A stretch of DNA of 63,636 nucleotides, counting the filler, from Cercozoa sp. M6MM (taxonomy: Eukaryota; Protista; Endomyxa: Ascetosporea), in assembly GCA_040357565.1 (NCBI GenBank). It is 11 parts of 11 records of this genome, joined end to end, with 100 filler letters (N's around TTAATTAATTAA, not from the genome) between each part and the next. Parts side by side here need not be neighbours in the genome. Positions count along the whole stretch, not along the records: positions 16,767 to 35,528 come from JBDODJ010000226.1; positions 35,629 to 41,975 come from JBDODJ010000751.1; positions 42,076 to 43,078 come from JBDODJ010002233.1; 8 more parts are not named here. One strand, written 5' to 3'. A model generated the notes under the pieces. That model ran no database searches, was not told the origin of the DNA, and was given only the letters and a program-made list of their open reading frames with translations. Positions within the stretch are counted from its first letter, which is position 1, and the number at the start of each line of letters is the position of its first letter. Shown here in pieces: positions 26,553 through 42,119 of this stretch. Both the position numbers and the translations under genes were made by a program.

Positions 26553-27174
26553 CACACACACACCAATACCCCATGTGTTTAGAACTCGGCTCAAGCAGAT
26601 GGCGTTGGAGAAAATGACCTCGTTTTGGACAGGCAATGTCCAGAATTCACCGCGGTTGGAGGCACCTGTCGCACCGAGTGTAAATTTACTCACCTTTTAG
26701 TGCTACTGTAGTAGTACGCTGATACACTCGATTCTGTCGTTCTCAGGTGTCAGAGAGTCAGCAAAGAAGTGGCAGTTTCGTTGCGGGGCAACCGAACAAT
26801 GGGAACTCGCTACTGACAACTCGTACCCTCACTTCGAGTATCTTGAATTGACCCCTCCTTTTAAACTGACCTAGAAATGCCACATTCGACTGCCGTCAAG
26901 TGGAGATCTGGCGACGCCCGTGGTTCTTCCCAGTCACTATTGTCGCAACTGTGCTCGTTCTTGTCGTCTTGTGGAAGCTACTCACGCGTCCACCACCGAC
27001 GTCCGCGTGTACGCACTGCTTTCAATTGAATTGCGATGTGCGCTCACTTTGTATTTTACCGCGACAGCACCGCAAGATCTTGATGAACTGGAGGCTACTG
27101 TGAGGCTACTCAAGGCAAACGGGAAGGAAGTGCCGGAGAGTATGCTTAACGTTCTTGAGCAAGCGCAACGTTAA
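22180..27174 (+). CDS. Large Cys-rich type I membrane protein with sushi/CCP-like repeats
   Basis: Signal peptide MLHFRAVALCVLVFLG. Many short exons carry C...C..G.W...C patterns (e.g. ECTNGAW, CESGRW, CGANRTW). C-terminal TM WFFPVTIVATVLVLVVLWKLL is followed by a short tail. Confidence 0.65.
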
Positions 27175-27567
27175 CAGGAACGATTGGATTCGACTTGAAC
27201 TGCCGCAGTGTTGCGTTACTAGTTCTTTAGACAGTAGTGACGGCTTTCATTATGATAAACTTACTGCCGTCTGTCCGGTGTCTAAAAGTTACTATCAGTC
27301 GCAACTCGCGTGACTACTACTTACAGTACTAGTACTCTGCGTTCAAGCACGCCTGGAAGCAAAAAACGATTCCAGGAAGCCGCAGCATATCATTTGTTTG
27401 CTTCCAAGCCCAGAATTGCACCCCTGCTTTGGCTGTTGGCGAACTGTAAATTTACAAAAATACGAAAAATAACTGCCCAGCAGCCAGGTGTTTTCTGACG
27501 CAAACAAAGCTGTTCGTTCCAAGATCTGCCCCGTGACTTGTAATAAAACGAGCCAAAATACCTCCTA

Positions 27568-29290
27568 TGCCCAAGCAGCAGCCTCCTCACGAGGCTGATG
27601 CATGTGTTGACTCAGATGAAGACGACACGACGGCCGAAGACCCAAAACTCCACCAGGTCAGAAATTACCTCCTGAGTTTCACCACAATTTCGGACCGTAT
27701 GTAAATTTAATGCTCATGTCACTTCGCAGGCGATCACACAGTTGATGCAGTTACAGGTGCAAACAGCAAAAAGCACCAAGACTCTTGGCGAAAGTCACGC
27801 AGAGACACAAAAGAGCATTCGGGACTCAGTCGCTCGCATCAGCGCGCTGGAGACCGAAATGCAGCGACTCAACGCCTGCGCGCAAGCACTCGATAAAACA
27901 CTGCACGAGCTTCAAAACTCTCTGAACGCATTCAAAACAAGGAGGAGAAAGAAACAAAAGCAGCGCAAAAAGCGCTATACGAAAGCCTCAAGAGCACCAC
28001 TGTCAAAGCAGGACGATACCACAAAAGAGGCCGCGAAGATTCTGTCCGATTACTTGAGCAAGAAAAACCGGGTACGCGGGCGAGAGGTGTTGCACACCCT
28101 GATGCAGGTGGTAAGATCGCACTTTAGTTCCCAGTTTACAGTTTCTAGTCCTGTACATTGCAACCCAGGACGCGAAGGAACTACGTGAGGTCGTTTGCGA
28201 AGCCACCGAAACTGCGTTGCAGCGCTTGATTTCGCTGTGCATTCACACGTTCAAATGCAGTACAAACGATGACGACTTCAGCTGCTACTGGCCGGTTGCG
28301 ATGCGAGTCCTCGCACTGTGTCTCGAGTTTAAAGCGGCGACTCTCCCGATACGCCACAATACGAAACTGCTGAACTTTGTCGAGTTTGCAAAGAAGGAGT
28401 TTACAAACAAAGAATCACTCCTGCGTCAAAGATTGAGCAAAAAGACGGCCGAAGAAACGAAGCAGTGCGCCGAGGCTTTCAACAGTCTCGCTGAAGCCCA
28501 GCGACGCTTTTGCGTTGGTCTATCGAAGGCCTCACACGACGAACACAGCACTACGACGCTGAGTGTCGCTTCTGCTCCCAACGCCAAGACAGTTTCGGAG
28601 ACCAGCGTCCCTGTCACTGAGAGTTACTTTTTGCCTGGCCCTCTGGACGAAAGCAGCGCCGGTAGTGAGACCAGCTTCGTGTCGGAACGACCGGCGAAAC
28701 GACAGAAACGAGGGTCTTCGAAATTCTCGACTGCAGCTGAAAGCACGACATCGACGCTCACGAGCAAGGGCGTTTCGCCTGCGAGTTCCAGTGAATTCAC
28801 TCTGAGTAGCAACATGGTTGCTGGAGGGAGCGCTGCGACAGATTCGTTTGACGCGTTCACCTTCCTCGACGGAAAAAACGAGACTGCCGTGTCGGTGAGC
28901 GAAACGAGGATGAAAGATGACGATGATCTTCCTTCCGAGCTGCTCGATGACGACAGCAGCGCTGCAACGGCCCCTCTCAAGCGCAAACCACCTCCTTCCC
29001 GACAGCTTCAGCGCTTCACGGAGCCATCTGCGCTCATTTCGCAGCTAGCAGGCCGTGGGAATCCGCGCGAACCGAAACTGCATTCTCAGCGCAAGCAAGT
29101 GGATCCAGGGAGACCAGTTCGCGTTGGGTACCAGTTCAGCGCAAAGCAACGTAGCAGGCCCAGCAATGAGGTGTTCAGGCGTACCAATCTTGCAGTTCTA
29201 AGCAATGCAATTAAACTCCAACTGAATGTTATCGTCTGCTTTACAGGGGGGGCAGCGATTGGGAGAAAACTGCACCGCGAAAGTAAATAA
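27568..29290 (+). CDS. Hypothetical protein (N-terminal coiled coil, Ser-rich disordered C-terminus)
   Basis: Long ORFs 27742-28188 and 28217-29290 joined by short introns. Confidence 0.6.
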
Positions 29291-29482
29291 CTGACTGCGA
29301 GTAATAAAGCACTTCGGGTTGAGTAATTTTGGATCGCAACCTCTTGAGTTACAGTAAATCACATGCCAGTCACAGCATATAAATGTCCGAAGGGTGAAAT
29401 GACATGCCCCTCTTTTCTTCGGACTGAAAACAAAACAACACATTGTATTGCTTCTTCTTTTAGTCTACAGAAGCTTTGCGAG

Positions 29483-31249
29483 ATGTTCTTGCTGCCAGCC
29501 ATAGTCGCGATTGCTCTCTTTCCGCGCGCTTCGCTCGGTTCAAGGTGCCTTGATTTTTACAAAAGACTGAAAGGTCAGTTTAAGTTTAAACTTATATTAA
29601 TCTTGCAGTGAAGTTGCTTCGCGAGATGGCATCGAAGATATGCTGTCTGCGGCACTTGACGAATTGGAACTGGAGCGACTCAGACATGAGGAGACTGCAG
29701 CAAAGTCTGTTCAGAGTGAGAGCCCAAAACCGACGGGTGACGATGAGCTTCCCGACCTTGGTCCCGCTTCGAATCCTTTGGCTCTGGCGACAGTGTCGAT
29801 GCAAGGCATGCAGTTCGACCCGTTCTTTTCGAGTGCGTTGATGCCGTTTTCGCCATTTTCTTTGAATCCTCAGACGATGGACATGATCATGGGTTGCTCA
29901 AGCAGTGCAACTGATAATCCTGTTGCCTGCGCCGAGCAGTTGCTGCAAAAGACAGATAGCCTGCTAGGGTTCGCACAAGCTGTCACCAACGAGTTGCCCG
30001 AAGAGATCGATGTTGACGCTGCCGTTGATCAACTGAAGAAGCAGAGCGGGACGCAAGTGCCGGTTGTTGATGCTGATGATGAGTGTTCTTCTAGCCGCAG
30101 TTACACTGACGGGAGTGCGGACGAAGAACTGCGCGAGCAACTTGCTAATGAAAGGTTGTTTTTTACGACAACAATGGTCTGTGCTTGGCAATACTGACAA
30201 CTTGAACGTAGAGAAGCTTCGCTCTTGCTTCGCGTTCGACGCATGATACAGCACGCTTTGAAGCTAATTCGGGCGACGCGCGGTTGGACTCCTGTCATCC
30301 GTATGACAATTTCTACAGTATGTCCAACTTGCAAGCACGTCGATTGTCTGTGACGGTGTTGACAGAAATACTCACAGAACTCATGTCTAAACTGATGCCA
30401 GTGCTGCGTCGATACATCGGGGTGGCGATGTGGACAATAATGATTGTTTGTGTGGCACTGCCAGCACATTCTCGTTTCTCGCCACTGTGGTATGCCATGT
30501 TGATGCACATGGCCGGTGTTGCGACGGCGTGGGCCGTGCTTGGAACCGAGTCGAACGACACCATTCGAAAGGCAACAGCTTTGACGCGCAGTCGCGAGAA
30601 ACTCCTTTTCGGCTACTTTGGCGGCATTGGACAGTCGACGTTGCTTCAATCCGTACTGCCGGTGACCTTCACCATGCTTCATGCGGTTGCTGCTTCTATG
30701 GACCCGAGCACTTTCTTGCTCGTGCATTTCCTGATCAACGTTCTGCGTTACCACAACATGCCGGTTGCTGGTCCGTCGAATGCTTCGAATTCCCTGTCGT
30801 TCCTTCCTTTGGCATACAATGCACGCATAACTGCAGAATTACAAGACCAGCAAGAGCAGACGCTACGCGCGCAGCGCGCACTTCTATTCGCGCGTTGTCT
30901 TCGTGCCGTTGTTCTCACTTTGACTTCGACGGCCCTTGTACACTCATCTAACTCTATGGCATCGGATATCTTCATCCGCCAGCAATCACAGGGATCTGCT
31001 CCGCAACTTCTGTCAGTACCGTACCTTCCCATCGCGGAGTCCGCAATGGTGCGAGCAACCGGCGTCGGTGCGAGCGACCGTGTTCTTCGGGAAGCGTGTG
31101 CCAACATGGCCCGCGGAAGTACTCAGAAACAGCGACTTTACATGTGGCGCGCCGTGTCGCACTTTGTCTTCTACCTGATTGCTGTGATTCTGGCGTCTAC
31201 GTTTTGGATGTGGCGTGCTGTCGCTTCCCTTGACTATGACCGCTACTAG
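29483..31249 (+). CDS. Hypothetical multi-pass membrane protein with signal peptide and acidic N-terminal region
   Basis: Spliced MFLLPAIVAIALFPRASLG... joins ORFs 29640 and 30284. The C-terminal half has several hydrophobic segments. Confidence 0.6.
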
Positions 31250-31492
31250 AGTGCACGCTTGCGCCCATCACCTACTGCTTTGGGAAGCTATTGCAAATAC
31301 AAGACAATATTCATTCACTGGCTGGCACGACAGGCGAGTTACTACACAGCAACTTCGCGTTGCTGTGCGCATGCCGGCGGTCGTGATCATGAGTTGCGTT
31401 GTCGTCCGTGTGCGGCGTGTCGCGTGTTTATTGTGGAGTGTAATACGTGACAGTACTCGATTGTACACGCACGACAGTAATGAGTCGCTCAT

Positions 31493-32431
31493 CTAGAGTA
31501 CAAAAGGAAGCACTGCCGTTCTGTTCGAGGGATAGTCGCGTCCGAACTTCTGTTGGTACCACCGGTGCGTCTCCAGTGCACGCGGAATGAGATTGCATGC
31601 CGTGAAAACCGCAAACGACACAGCGTGCAGTCGCAGGCCGCTGGCGAGGGCATACCCAGTCCACTGGAGGATCTCGCCAGTGTAGTGCGCACTGCTGCAG
31701 TAGCGGAACATCCCAGCACGCGGGATCTTGTAGCCCTTGCTGCCATCTTGTCGCAGCGATCGCAAGTGCGCGTCAGCGTGCAGGTTGATCGTCATTCCGA
31801 CTCTGCATTACAATAGCACAAACGTATCTGATTGAAAGCAAGGTTATGGCGTAGGTACACGAACAGGACGAGACCGAGGAGAATCAGAGACGTCGAAGGA
31901 AGCGAATGTGTTGACTCAAAGATGGCAAAGTACTGAACGAAGCCATTGGCCACACAAAACGCCATGGCACACAGCGCGATTCCGAGCGGCACTCGGCGCG
32001 GCGACTTCAGTCGCAACGGATAGATCACTGATCGGTTCATGTAGTGACCACCGAACATAACACACAGCAGCTGCGCGTGCCTGGACCCAGCACACATGCC
32101 TTTTACAGTGTCAAACCTAACGCTTCAGTTGTACCAAGACTGCGGCACTCCGTGAATGGCAAGTCCATAAAGCATCCACACGAGACACGGCGCCTCCCAG
32201 ACTGCCCAAGCGACACGCGCATTGATTCGGTACTCAAGTACGCGCCGCATGAGCGCAATGTCGTTCATCGCATCCGCATGTTTTCCGAACGGCGGAGGTC
32301 TAACTTTATTCCCCTAGAGCCACAAATCTGGACCAAAACAACGACTTGTACCGCTTGAAAACGACAAGTGAAATCAACGTGGCTGCGCCGATCACTAGCA
32401 ATATCCATGCGACAAAATCACCTGTTAGCAT
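31493..32431 (-). CDS. 3-oxo-5-alpha-steroid 4-dehydrogenase (SRD5A/DET2 family)
   Basis: PFGKH, AWAVWEAP, HYMNRSVIYP, NLHADAHLRSLR...YKIPRAGMFRY...HYTGEILQW, NLIPRALETHRWYQQKF..YP..RTAVLPF. Confidence 0.92.
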
Positions 32432-32669
32432 AGAAAACTCTAAGTTCTCTGTGTGGACGCCAAAAATTGCAGTTTTTCCGACGCTTTTAATGGACTGGCA
32501 CGTGGCCATTCTGGTTGCTGTGGTCCCACCAAACTCAGTCTACGCGTTTTCAGTGTTCTAGTTATTACTTCCTGCAGCCTTGGGGTACGTCTGCGACCTC
32601 GTTCATCTGATGCGTGCAGCTTGTGCTTTTTGAAGTTTGTATTATTTGTCCCATGTCGACAGTGCGAAA

Positions 32670-34301
32670 ATGTCGACCGTGCTGCCCTCGATTTTGGTGC
32701 TTGGCGGTGTTGGCTTCATCGGCCGTCACCTGGTGCACTTCCTCGTGCAGAACAATGTGGCTGGCTACATCCGCGTGGCTGACAAGCGTCACTACCAGGT
32801 GAAACCTGACAATGAGTATTCATCTGGCCAGATGTTGGACGAGTGAGTGTTGTTTAGATGGCCTACCTGCCCGAAGACATGATTGCCTCGTTCAAGAACG
32901 ACAAGGTCTCGTTTGTGCAAGCTGATCTTGCGAAGGAGACGGGTATTGAGAAGGTAGCGTCCAATCCACATTTTCTTTGCGGCAACTCACCGTCCGCTGT
33001 GTGTGCATTAGGCTTTTGGCGACCAGCAGTACGACTATGTGGTAAACCTGTGCGGTGAGACGCGCTGCAGCATGTCGGAACAGGAGTACACCGACAAGAT
33101 CGTAACTTTAGAATCATGAATCATTCAATCGTTTAAACGGTGCGTTCGTTTCTCCCAGGTCAAGCCGGCCGGTCTGGGCACTGCCAAGGCGCAGGCCACT
33201 GGTGTGCGTCGCTGGATCGAAGTGTCCACTGCCCACGTCTACCAGGTTCCACTTGTGTTGTCCTAGCCTTGCTGACTTGTGTGTGTGTGTGCGTGTGTGC
33301 GTGTGTGTGTGTGTGTGCGTGTGTGTGTGCGTGTGTGTGTGTGCGTGTGTGTGTGTGTGTGCGTGTGTGCGCGCGTGTGTGTGTGTGTGTGTGTGTGTAC
33401 GTGTGTTGTCCTTTTAGTCGGACAAGGCAGCAGCCTCGGAGAGCTCGCCGGTGTCGGCTTGGACGCGCATCGGCATCAACCGCGCGCAGGCTGAGCAGGT
33501 CGTGCGCGACAGCGGCGTGCCTTCGTACCTCTCCTCTCACATCTCCTCTCACGCCTCTCTGACTCTCCCTGCTGCAGTGTGATCCTGCGACCGGCCATTG
33601 TGTACGGTCCGGGCGACCTGAGCGGTCTCACGCCGCGTCTCGCTTGCGCCGCCGTCTACCAGAAGAAGGGCGAGAAGATGAAGTTCCTCTGGAACAAGGT
33701 ACACTCTTCCACGCCAGCTCATACAGTGCTGTGACAATACCTTTGCCGGTGCGGACAGGACCTGCGCATCAACAGCGTGCACGTGGCCGATGTGGTGCGC
33801 GCCATCGTGCACTGCGCGACGTCGTCTAACGTGTCCGAAGGCGCCGTCTACAACCTCGTCGACAAGACCGACCTGACGCAAGGCAAGGTGGCCGACATGC
33901 TGGCCGTGCTGTTCGGCATCAAGACCGGCTTCATGGGCAAGATGCTTTCGGCCGCCGCTGCCAAGCTCTCGCTCGACTCGGTCGCCGAGATGTCCAACGA
34001 CAAGTATGCCCCTTGTGTGTCTGTGTGTACCTGGTGCGTTTGTGTGTTTGGGACACTCGAGGCTCTGTGCAGGCACGTGCCGCCGTTTGCTGAGCTGTGC
34101 CGCGAGCACAACGTGCTCAACACGCCCGTGACGCCTTACATTGACAAGGAGCTTCTGCTGAACAACCATTTGTCGGCTGACGGCACTGCCATTGAGTCCA
34201 CTGGCTTTACCTACGAGGTGCCGCAGTGCACCGTCGAGTCGCTCAAGCCCGTCGTCACCTCCTTCATCCAGCAGGGCCTTTTCCCGCCGGTTGTGCAGTG
34301 A
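32670..34301 (+). CDS. NAD-dependent epimerase/dehydratase (extended SDR)
   Basis: [15 protein letters not shown] Rossmann motif, [29 protein letters not shown]. Confidence 0.88.
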
Positions 34302-34760
34302 GAGCGCTGTGGTGAATCGCAACAATCGTATTGTTCTAGCTTGTCGAACGGAATGTACGGTATACGTACGTAGTTAGTTAGTTCTGTCTTTCAAGAACCG
34401 AATGTTGCGTTGAAGCTTGCGTTGGCGACACGAAGCCGTCAAACGTGCGTCATTTGAGAGATTTAGGGTAGCCAAGACAAAGAAAACCCTCTACTATTGT
34501 CGTACAGCTTCAGCTGTATACCGTACGTACGGTAGCGGCGCATGATCCCATACGGACCTGTACATTCTAAATCTTTACAGTTGTACTATATCTGCATCCA
34601 TGCATGATTATGCAGGATGCCTGGAGGCGTTCAGTTTGCGCTTATAAATATTGTAATTTACATAAGTCTATTATACATAAATTTATTTATCCATATATTT
34701 GCCAGCAGTGGCCAACTGAAGGTTCGACAAATAACGAAGACTTGAAATTTGTGGAGACTG

Positions 34761-35480
34761 CTAGACATCTTCAAGATTCCACGGCTGACCTTCTCGCCCA
34801 ACGTCGATGGGAATGGCCTGCGGTCGTCGCTTTGTTCCGAAGCGCTTCGCGGCTCGGATCGCTCCGATGGTGACAGGCAGCGACAGCAGAGGGATGAAGA
34901 AAGTCGCACCAACGAGCGTGAACAGCGAGCTTAAGATGTCATTGCACAGCTTGTTGTGCATTGCCCGATAGTTTCTCCCAACAAAAGCGCAGTTCGCGGT
35001 GTTCACAAAGTCGTCGGCTTTCTGGATCAACGGCTTGGTTTCTTCTTTTAACCCATTCACTGCTGTTTGCTGCGAACATAATTTAAATTTTTACTTGCTT
35101 CAGTTAACAGTCCTCCATCAGGCAACCCGAAAACCGACAAAAGAAACTAAATTTTAAAAATAGTGTACCAACTCGGCTGCTTCACTTTTGAAGTTATCGG
35201 CACATGTAACCACCGCATCTACGAAGCCGCACCAGGTTTGATTGATGAGCATGTTACAACTTAAACGTACTGTAATCGGTGTTGAATTGCGCCCGGATGG
35301 AGTTCATGCTATCGTTCAAAGCGCTTTCAGTTGTCATAAGGTCCATTGTAGTGTTTTTCTGCACAAACGCGATACCTTCAGTTGGTGTGATCCTGATAGG
35401 CATGCATATCTCAGAACTGAAAACACCAACTCAGCGACTGTTGCTTGGTTTTGAGGATCCCCGGGATAGTAGCTACTCAT
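34761..35480 (-). CDS. Prominin-like membrane protein, C-terminal part
   Basis: NCAFVGRNYRAMHNKLCNDILSSL followed by a TM helix and AAKRF, resembling the prominin last extracellular Cys pair plus TM. Confidence 0.45.
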
Positions 35481-35482
35481 TT

Positions 35483-35528
<46 letters not shown>

Positions 35529-35733
35529 NNNNNNNNNNNNNNNNNNNNNNNNNNNNNNNNNNNNNNNNNNNNTTAATTAATTAANNNNNNNNNNNNNNNN
35601 NNNNNNNNNNNNNNNNNNNNNNNNNNNNAGGCAAGTATACAGACACTAGCGTCGCCTTAACAAAAACACACGTTGCGGGGTAAGGGCGGTACGCTTACCC
35701 CCTTTACCCCCTTTTATCCCTCGTATTCTCCAG

Positions 35734-35980
35734 GCGAGCGACGGGCCTACCTCGAGTTCCGCGACGCGCAGGGCCGCCTGGTTACCGAGAAGCAGTACAT
35801 GCGCATCCTATCCGAGCGCTTCCACGGCCAGGTGTGTTTTTGTTAAGGCGACGCTAGTGTCTGTATACTTGCCTTGTGCGTGTGTAGGCCATTGGCAAGA
35901 ACAACGTCGACCGGCACCAGCGGCGTCTGCGTGACGCGCACAAGCGCATGGTCAAGGGCGCTGGTGGTCGGCATTTCTGA
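35734..35980 (+). CDS. SART1: SART-1/Snu66 (U4/U6.U5 tri-snRNP protein), 3' end
   Basis: YLEFRDAQGRLVTEKQYMRILSERFHGQ|AIGKNNVDRHQRR matches the SART-1 C-terminal GR...LS..FHGK..GK motif. Confidence 0.7.
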
Positions 35981-36318
35981 GTTGCGTCCTACCTAGTCCG
36001 TGTGTATCGATATTAAGACCAACTTTGAACCGCGTGCGCCTGTCAGTCAAAAAATAGATGGATTCATCTGCACGCGCTGTATCGAGAGCCAGATAGCTTG
36101 GATATGTGCACAACCATATTAGTCCAGCAGGACACAGTTCAAAAGCTAGTTTAATACTTCCCCTTCCTTGCAACTCGGTGTTTGTTTGGACGGTCTGCCT
36201 CTGAGCCGACACAGCGGTCCAGGACTGACCTTCTGGAACACTGCAAGAACAACTTCGAACCACGTGCAACCACAAGCTTCTTCTTAGTTACCCTGGTTTG
36301 GTACGAGAAGCACGAATC

Positions 36319-38197
<1,879 letters not shown>

Positions 38198-38561
38198 TGA
38201 TCTATTCCGTTTCAACTAGCACTCACCTTCTGTATTGCGTTCAGTATTTAGTTATATTCAGTTACGTTACAGCATGGTATATTGTATCCGCGCGGATCGC
38301 TGGTATCCTGGCCTACTGAGAGCTCCAGTCCAGACTGTGAAACACCTGTGTTTGAGTAGGGAAGCCTCGAGCAAGCTTTTGCAGCTGAACTCAAGTACTT
38401 CTGAACACTCACCACTCAGTTCTGATGACGCCTCTCTCAAGAACCCTTTAACTGCTTTGCCGCCCAACTGAACCGTTGGTGTATCTCACTCTTTCGAACT
38501 GACACTTGGCCACTCTCCCTCCAAGAGCAAAGTTTACTTACTATCTGACGTCCAGTCGACA

Positions 38562-38700
38562 GGCTCTCTCTATCATAGTTAGTTCAGTCGACTAAGACAC
38601 CATTGTGTAAATTTAGTTTCCCTGTACCGATCCCGGGGTGGGTCACAAGCGCATGGCCGTACTACGCCCGCTTGGGGGAACCGTTTAATTACCCTTTTGA
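38562..38700 (-). repeat. Dispersed repeat, copy 2
   Basis: Reverse complement tcaaaagggtaattaaacggttcccccaagcgggcgtagtacggccatgcgcttgtgacccacccc...cagggaaacta matches copy 1. Confidence 0.8.
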
Positions 38701-38977
38701 GCTTCTTGATACTGTCAACATCGGTCTATCTACTCGGCTGACTACTTGCTCCCGTGAAAGCACACCTCAGTCATGCTAAAAAGAAGTGAAGAGCTTCTAA
38801 GGTCGAGCGCTGGTAACTTAACAATTGAGTGTTGCCTAGCTTGGCATACCCTGTGCTTACTTTTCTTTAGTCGTTGTTCACTAAGATTTGCACGGGAAAT
38901 CTCGCAACGTTCTTCAAGGTTAGTACCGTTTCGCTGATACAGGTGGACTGATGCGATGCTCCAATTGAAAAGAGCAC

Positions 38978-39158
38978 TCAGGCTGGCAGATAGCAGCTCA
39001 ACCGAGGGACATCGATGTGATCAAAGCGCACTAGCCGCGTCCGAGCGGGTTGGAGCGACCATGGAAATCTCACTGGGCAGTTGATCCGGCGCGTCGTCCG
39101 AGTCCGCAGTAAACCCGTGTTGTCCGGGTGATTGCTGCAACTTGTGCACGGCCACTGC

Positions 39159-39206
<48 letters not shown>

Positions 39207-39216
39207 NNNNNNNNNN

Positions 39217-39269
<53 letters not shown>

Positions 39270-41960
39270 TCAGTTCGGATGTGGACGTCGGCAGATTATA
39301 ATTTACCGAGACTGCAACGGCGAACCAGAGCAAACGCCACAGCCTACACAGCTCAGGCAGAATTTGCTGAATCCCATCGAGAAATTCAAAAAGCATGCGG
39401 TACGATCATACTGACGATCAGTGAAAGCACAGCAACTGGGGAGAACACTCGCCTGCCAAAAAGACACAACACACGTGAAGCTAGCTCCACAGATATGCAT
39501 CACTAACGAATTCAGGCACCGCAAGAAAATGATCTGAATCACGATTTGCGGCATGTCTTCGAGTACGACACCGACCAGTCCGGCCGTTCGGAACTGAGGG
39601 TAAATGATGTCAATTCCACATCCCCAATATGGAAGTTGCAGAAAACTAAGTACCTGCAAGTACATGTCAGGCGGAAACGGTGCCCTCAAGCTGTCCATGA
39701 GCCCACTTCTCTGCACAATTGAACACAAACGCAGCTTCAAGAAGGGCGAGGAAGTCCTCAAAACCGGCTTATTTTGTACCAGCACGTTGAGCGACTCCGG
39801 ATTCGGAAGTGCGAGCAGCACTGCGATGCTAGTGTGCGTCACCTTATGCGTCCACCTGTCCGAGAGTTATAAGGAGGCGAAGACAGGATTAATAGGATAC
39901 GTTATCGATAAATTTTACCACTCAGCAAACGGTGCATGCTGTGCGCAGCGTCTTAGCAGTCTACTCTCAGCAAAAAGACAGGAGGGAGTTGAGTGGCGCA
40001 AAGTAAATACTTATAGAGAGCTACCCGAGTGTAATGCCCGTGTTGATGAAGAGTGTCAGAGGCACAATGATCATACTGGCCGTGCGTAAGTTGGCAATCT
40101 GCCGGGGGTAAATAAAAGGGAGCAAGGAGAGCTAAAAGCTGGAACATACCACGTCATCGTTGCTGGCCTCATAGGCTGTAGTGAGAACGAAGGCTACATC
40201 GGTCAGAACGTCCACCCAGCCAAACAGTGCCTGAGGTAGCACCAACGAATCCACAGAATCTTGCGACCGGCGCTTCTTGTACAGGCCTACGGTACACAAA
40301 TAACCGATCCAAATGGACCTTGTGTGCACACGTACCGAGAGCAAATGTAGCAAGCGCAAGCAACGTAAAGAGGCCGAAAACAACAATTTGCGCTTCCACG
40401 GGCACCTACACAAGTACAAAGAACCTGATACTGTCGAACGGGCTTGTTCAAGGTACTGATACCTCATCCTTGCCTCTGCACACCTTGAGTCCAGAGTCGA
40501 GTGTCACCAGTGTCGTTGCTGCAGCATAAATTACCTTTAAGTACAGCCGCAGGTACTGAATCATATGTGCAGGTGCAGAGGCTACTGGAGGCCGAGCAGA
40601 GTGCCGAGGCCACAGGAACGCTGGCGCTGGCTGACAGCGACGACTCCTGCGCCGTTGCCGACACGCGCAGCGGCAACTCGAAGTTTCCGTCGGGACCCTT
40701 AGGAGCACCCGACTGCACGAGGCCCACGCGCACGTTCAACGTCACTCTGCCGTTGCTCTATACAGAGATATGAGTATAAGGGTACAGGGTAGAGGCATAT
40801 GGTTTAGGGGTACAGAATAGGGGATAGATATATAGGACGAAGTGGGTTAGGATATGGAGATAGGAGTCAGGGGTGTATTGTGTAGGGGTACATGATATAG
40901 GATATGGAGAATGGAGGGGGTAGGATGGAAGTAAACGATACAGTTGCGCCCGTTACATTCGTCGCAACAAACTGCGTTTCCTCATACCTGCACAAAAACA
41001 TAATGAGCGAACGTAAAGCAGTGTAGACCAGTTTACTCAGAAGATTCACTCGTCGACTTGAGCAGCGCAAAATGCGGCGACAGCGACGACAGTGTCACCA
41101 CCACCACTGGACACACACGTGCTGCTTTACCCCCCTTTACTCCAGCCCCATTACCCAGCCCCAATACCCACTGCCCTTTACTCCCTGCCTTTTACCCTCT
41201 AACCCTACCCTCGGCCTCGTCATGAATGGCGTTGCCGAAAGCGTCGCTGACCTGTACCAGCACCGGGAGCACCTGCTTGCCCAGCGTGTCCACGTGCTCG
41301 CTCTACACACAAGCAGATGTAGCCCAGTGTGACACGTGCCCAGTGGGACGGGGGATACCACAGAGAGACTGACGGAGCGAGCCAAGGCGTTGTACTGACA
41401 CGAAGCGCACGGCAGCGCAGCCGCGTCGCCGTCGCTCAAAAAGAAAGCGTCGCCGCCGCTCTCGGCCACGTTGTTACTAAAGCTCTACCAGAACACTCAG
41501 AGATCACCCAGAGAACACTCCTGGAACACTGTAGGAACCTTCTGAGAAAGTACCGAACGCGTCCAAGCAGAGCCACGCGAATTCGCGGCAACAAAAAACG
41601 CGCCGCCGCGATCCAATGCCGAATTCGCATTCGCAGTGACACCATCAACGGTCTAACCCCACGTAGTCACTCAGTCAGTCACATGCGGTCACTCAGTGGT
41701 CAGTGAAGTGACCGCGGAGCAGAGTCAGAAAATACCAGCACCGAGTCCGAGTGCGAGAGCACCAGTGCGCCGCCGTCTTTGGCGGCCTCGTTGCGCGTGA
41801 AGCTCGTGCTGATGCAGGAGGGGTAAAGCGGTGAAGAGGAGATAAAGTGGAGAGTACTCTTTAAGAGCGACAGTGACATTGCTGATACTGTAGATAGCAC
41901 CGCCACTCGAACTGACACTGTTTCCCTCAAAGGCCGAGTCGATCGCTTCACTGGAGGTAG
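38978..41960 (-). CDS. Multi-domain membrane protein: beta-helix-like (FxxN/GGA) extracellular part plus multi-TM C-terminus; 5'-partial
   Basis: FTRNEAAKDGGALVL repeat-type motif, then WVDVLTDVAFV and GVVLEDMPQIVIQIIFL TM motifs. Confidence 0.55.
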
Positions 41961-42119
41961 GGAGTAGGGGGATATNNNNNNNNNNNNNNNNNNNNNNNNN
42001 NNNNNNNNNNNNNNNNNNNTTAATTAATTAANNNNNNNNNNNNNNNNNNNNNNNNNNNNNNNNNNNNNNNNNNNNGGGGGGTAAACAGGGGGGTAAACAG
42101 GGGGGGGGGGCGGGTAAAC

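Noticed and set aside
38636-38660. Twister-like GGTCACAAGC, or an HDV-like fold, in the dispersed repeat
   Set aside because: The required P4/P1 pairings do not form, and the AAGC is not conserved in the other copy.
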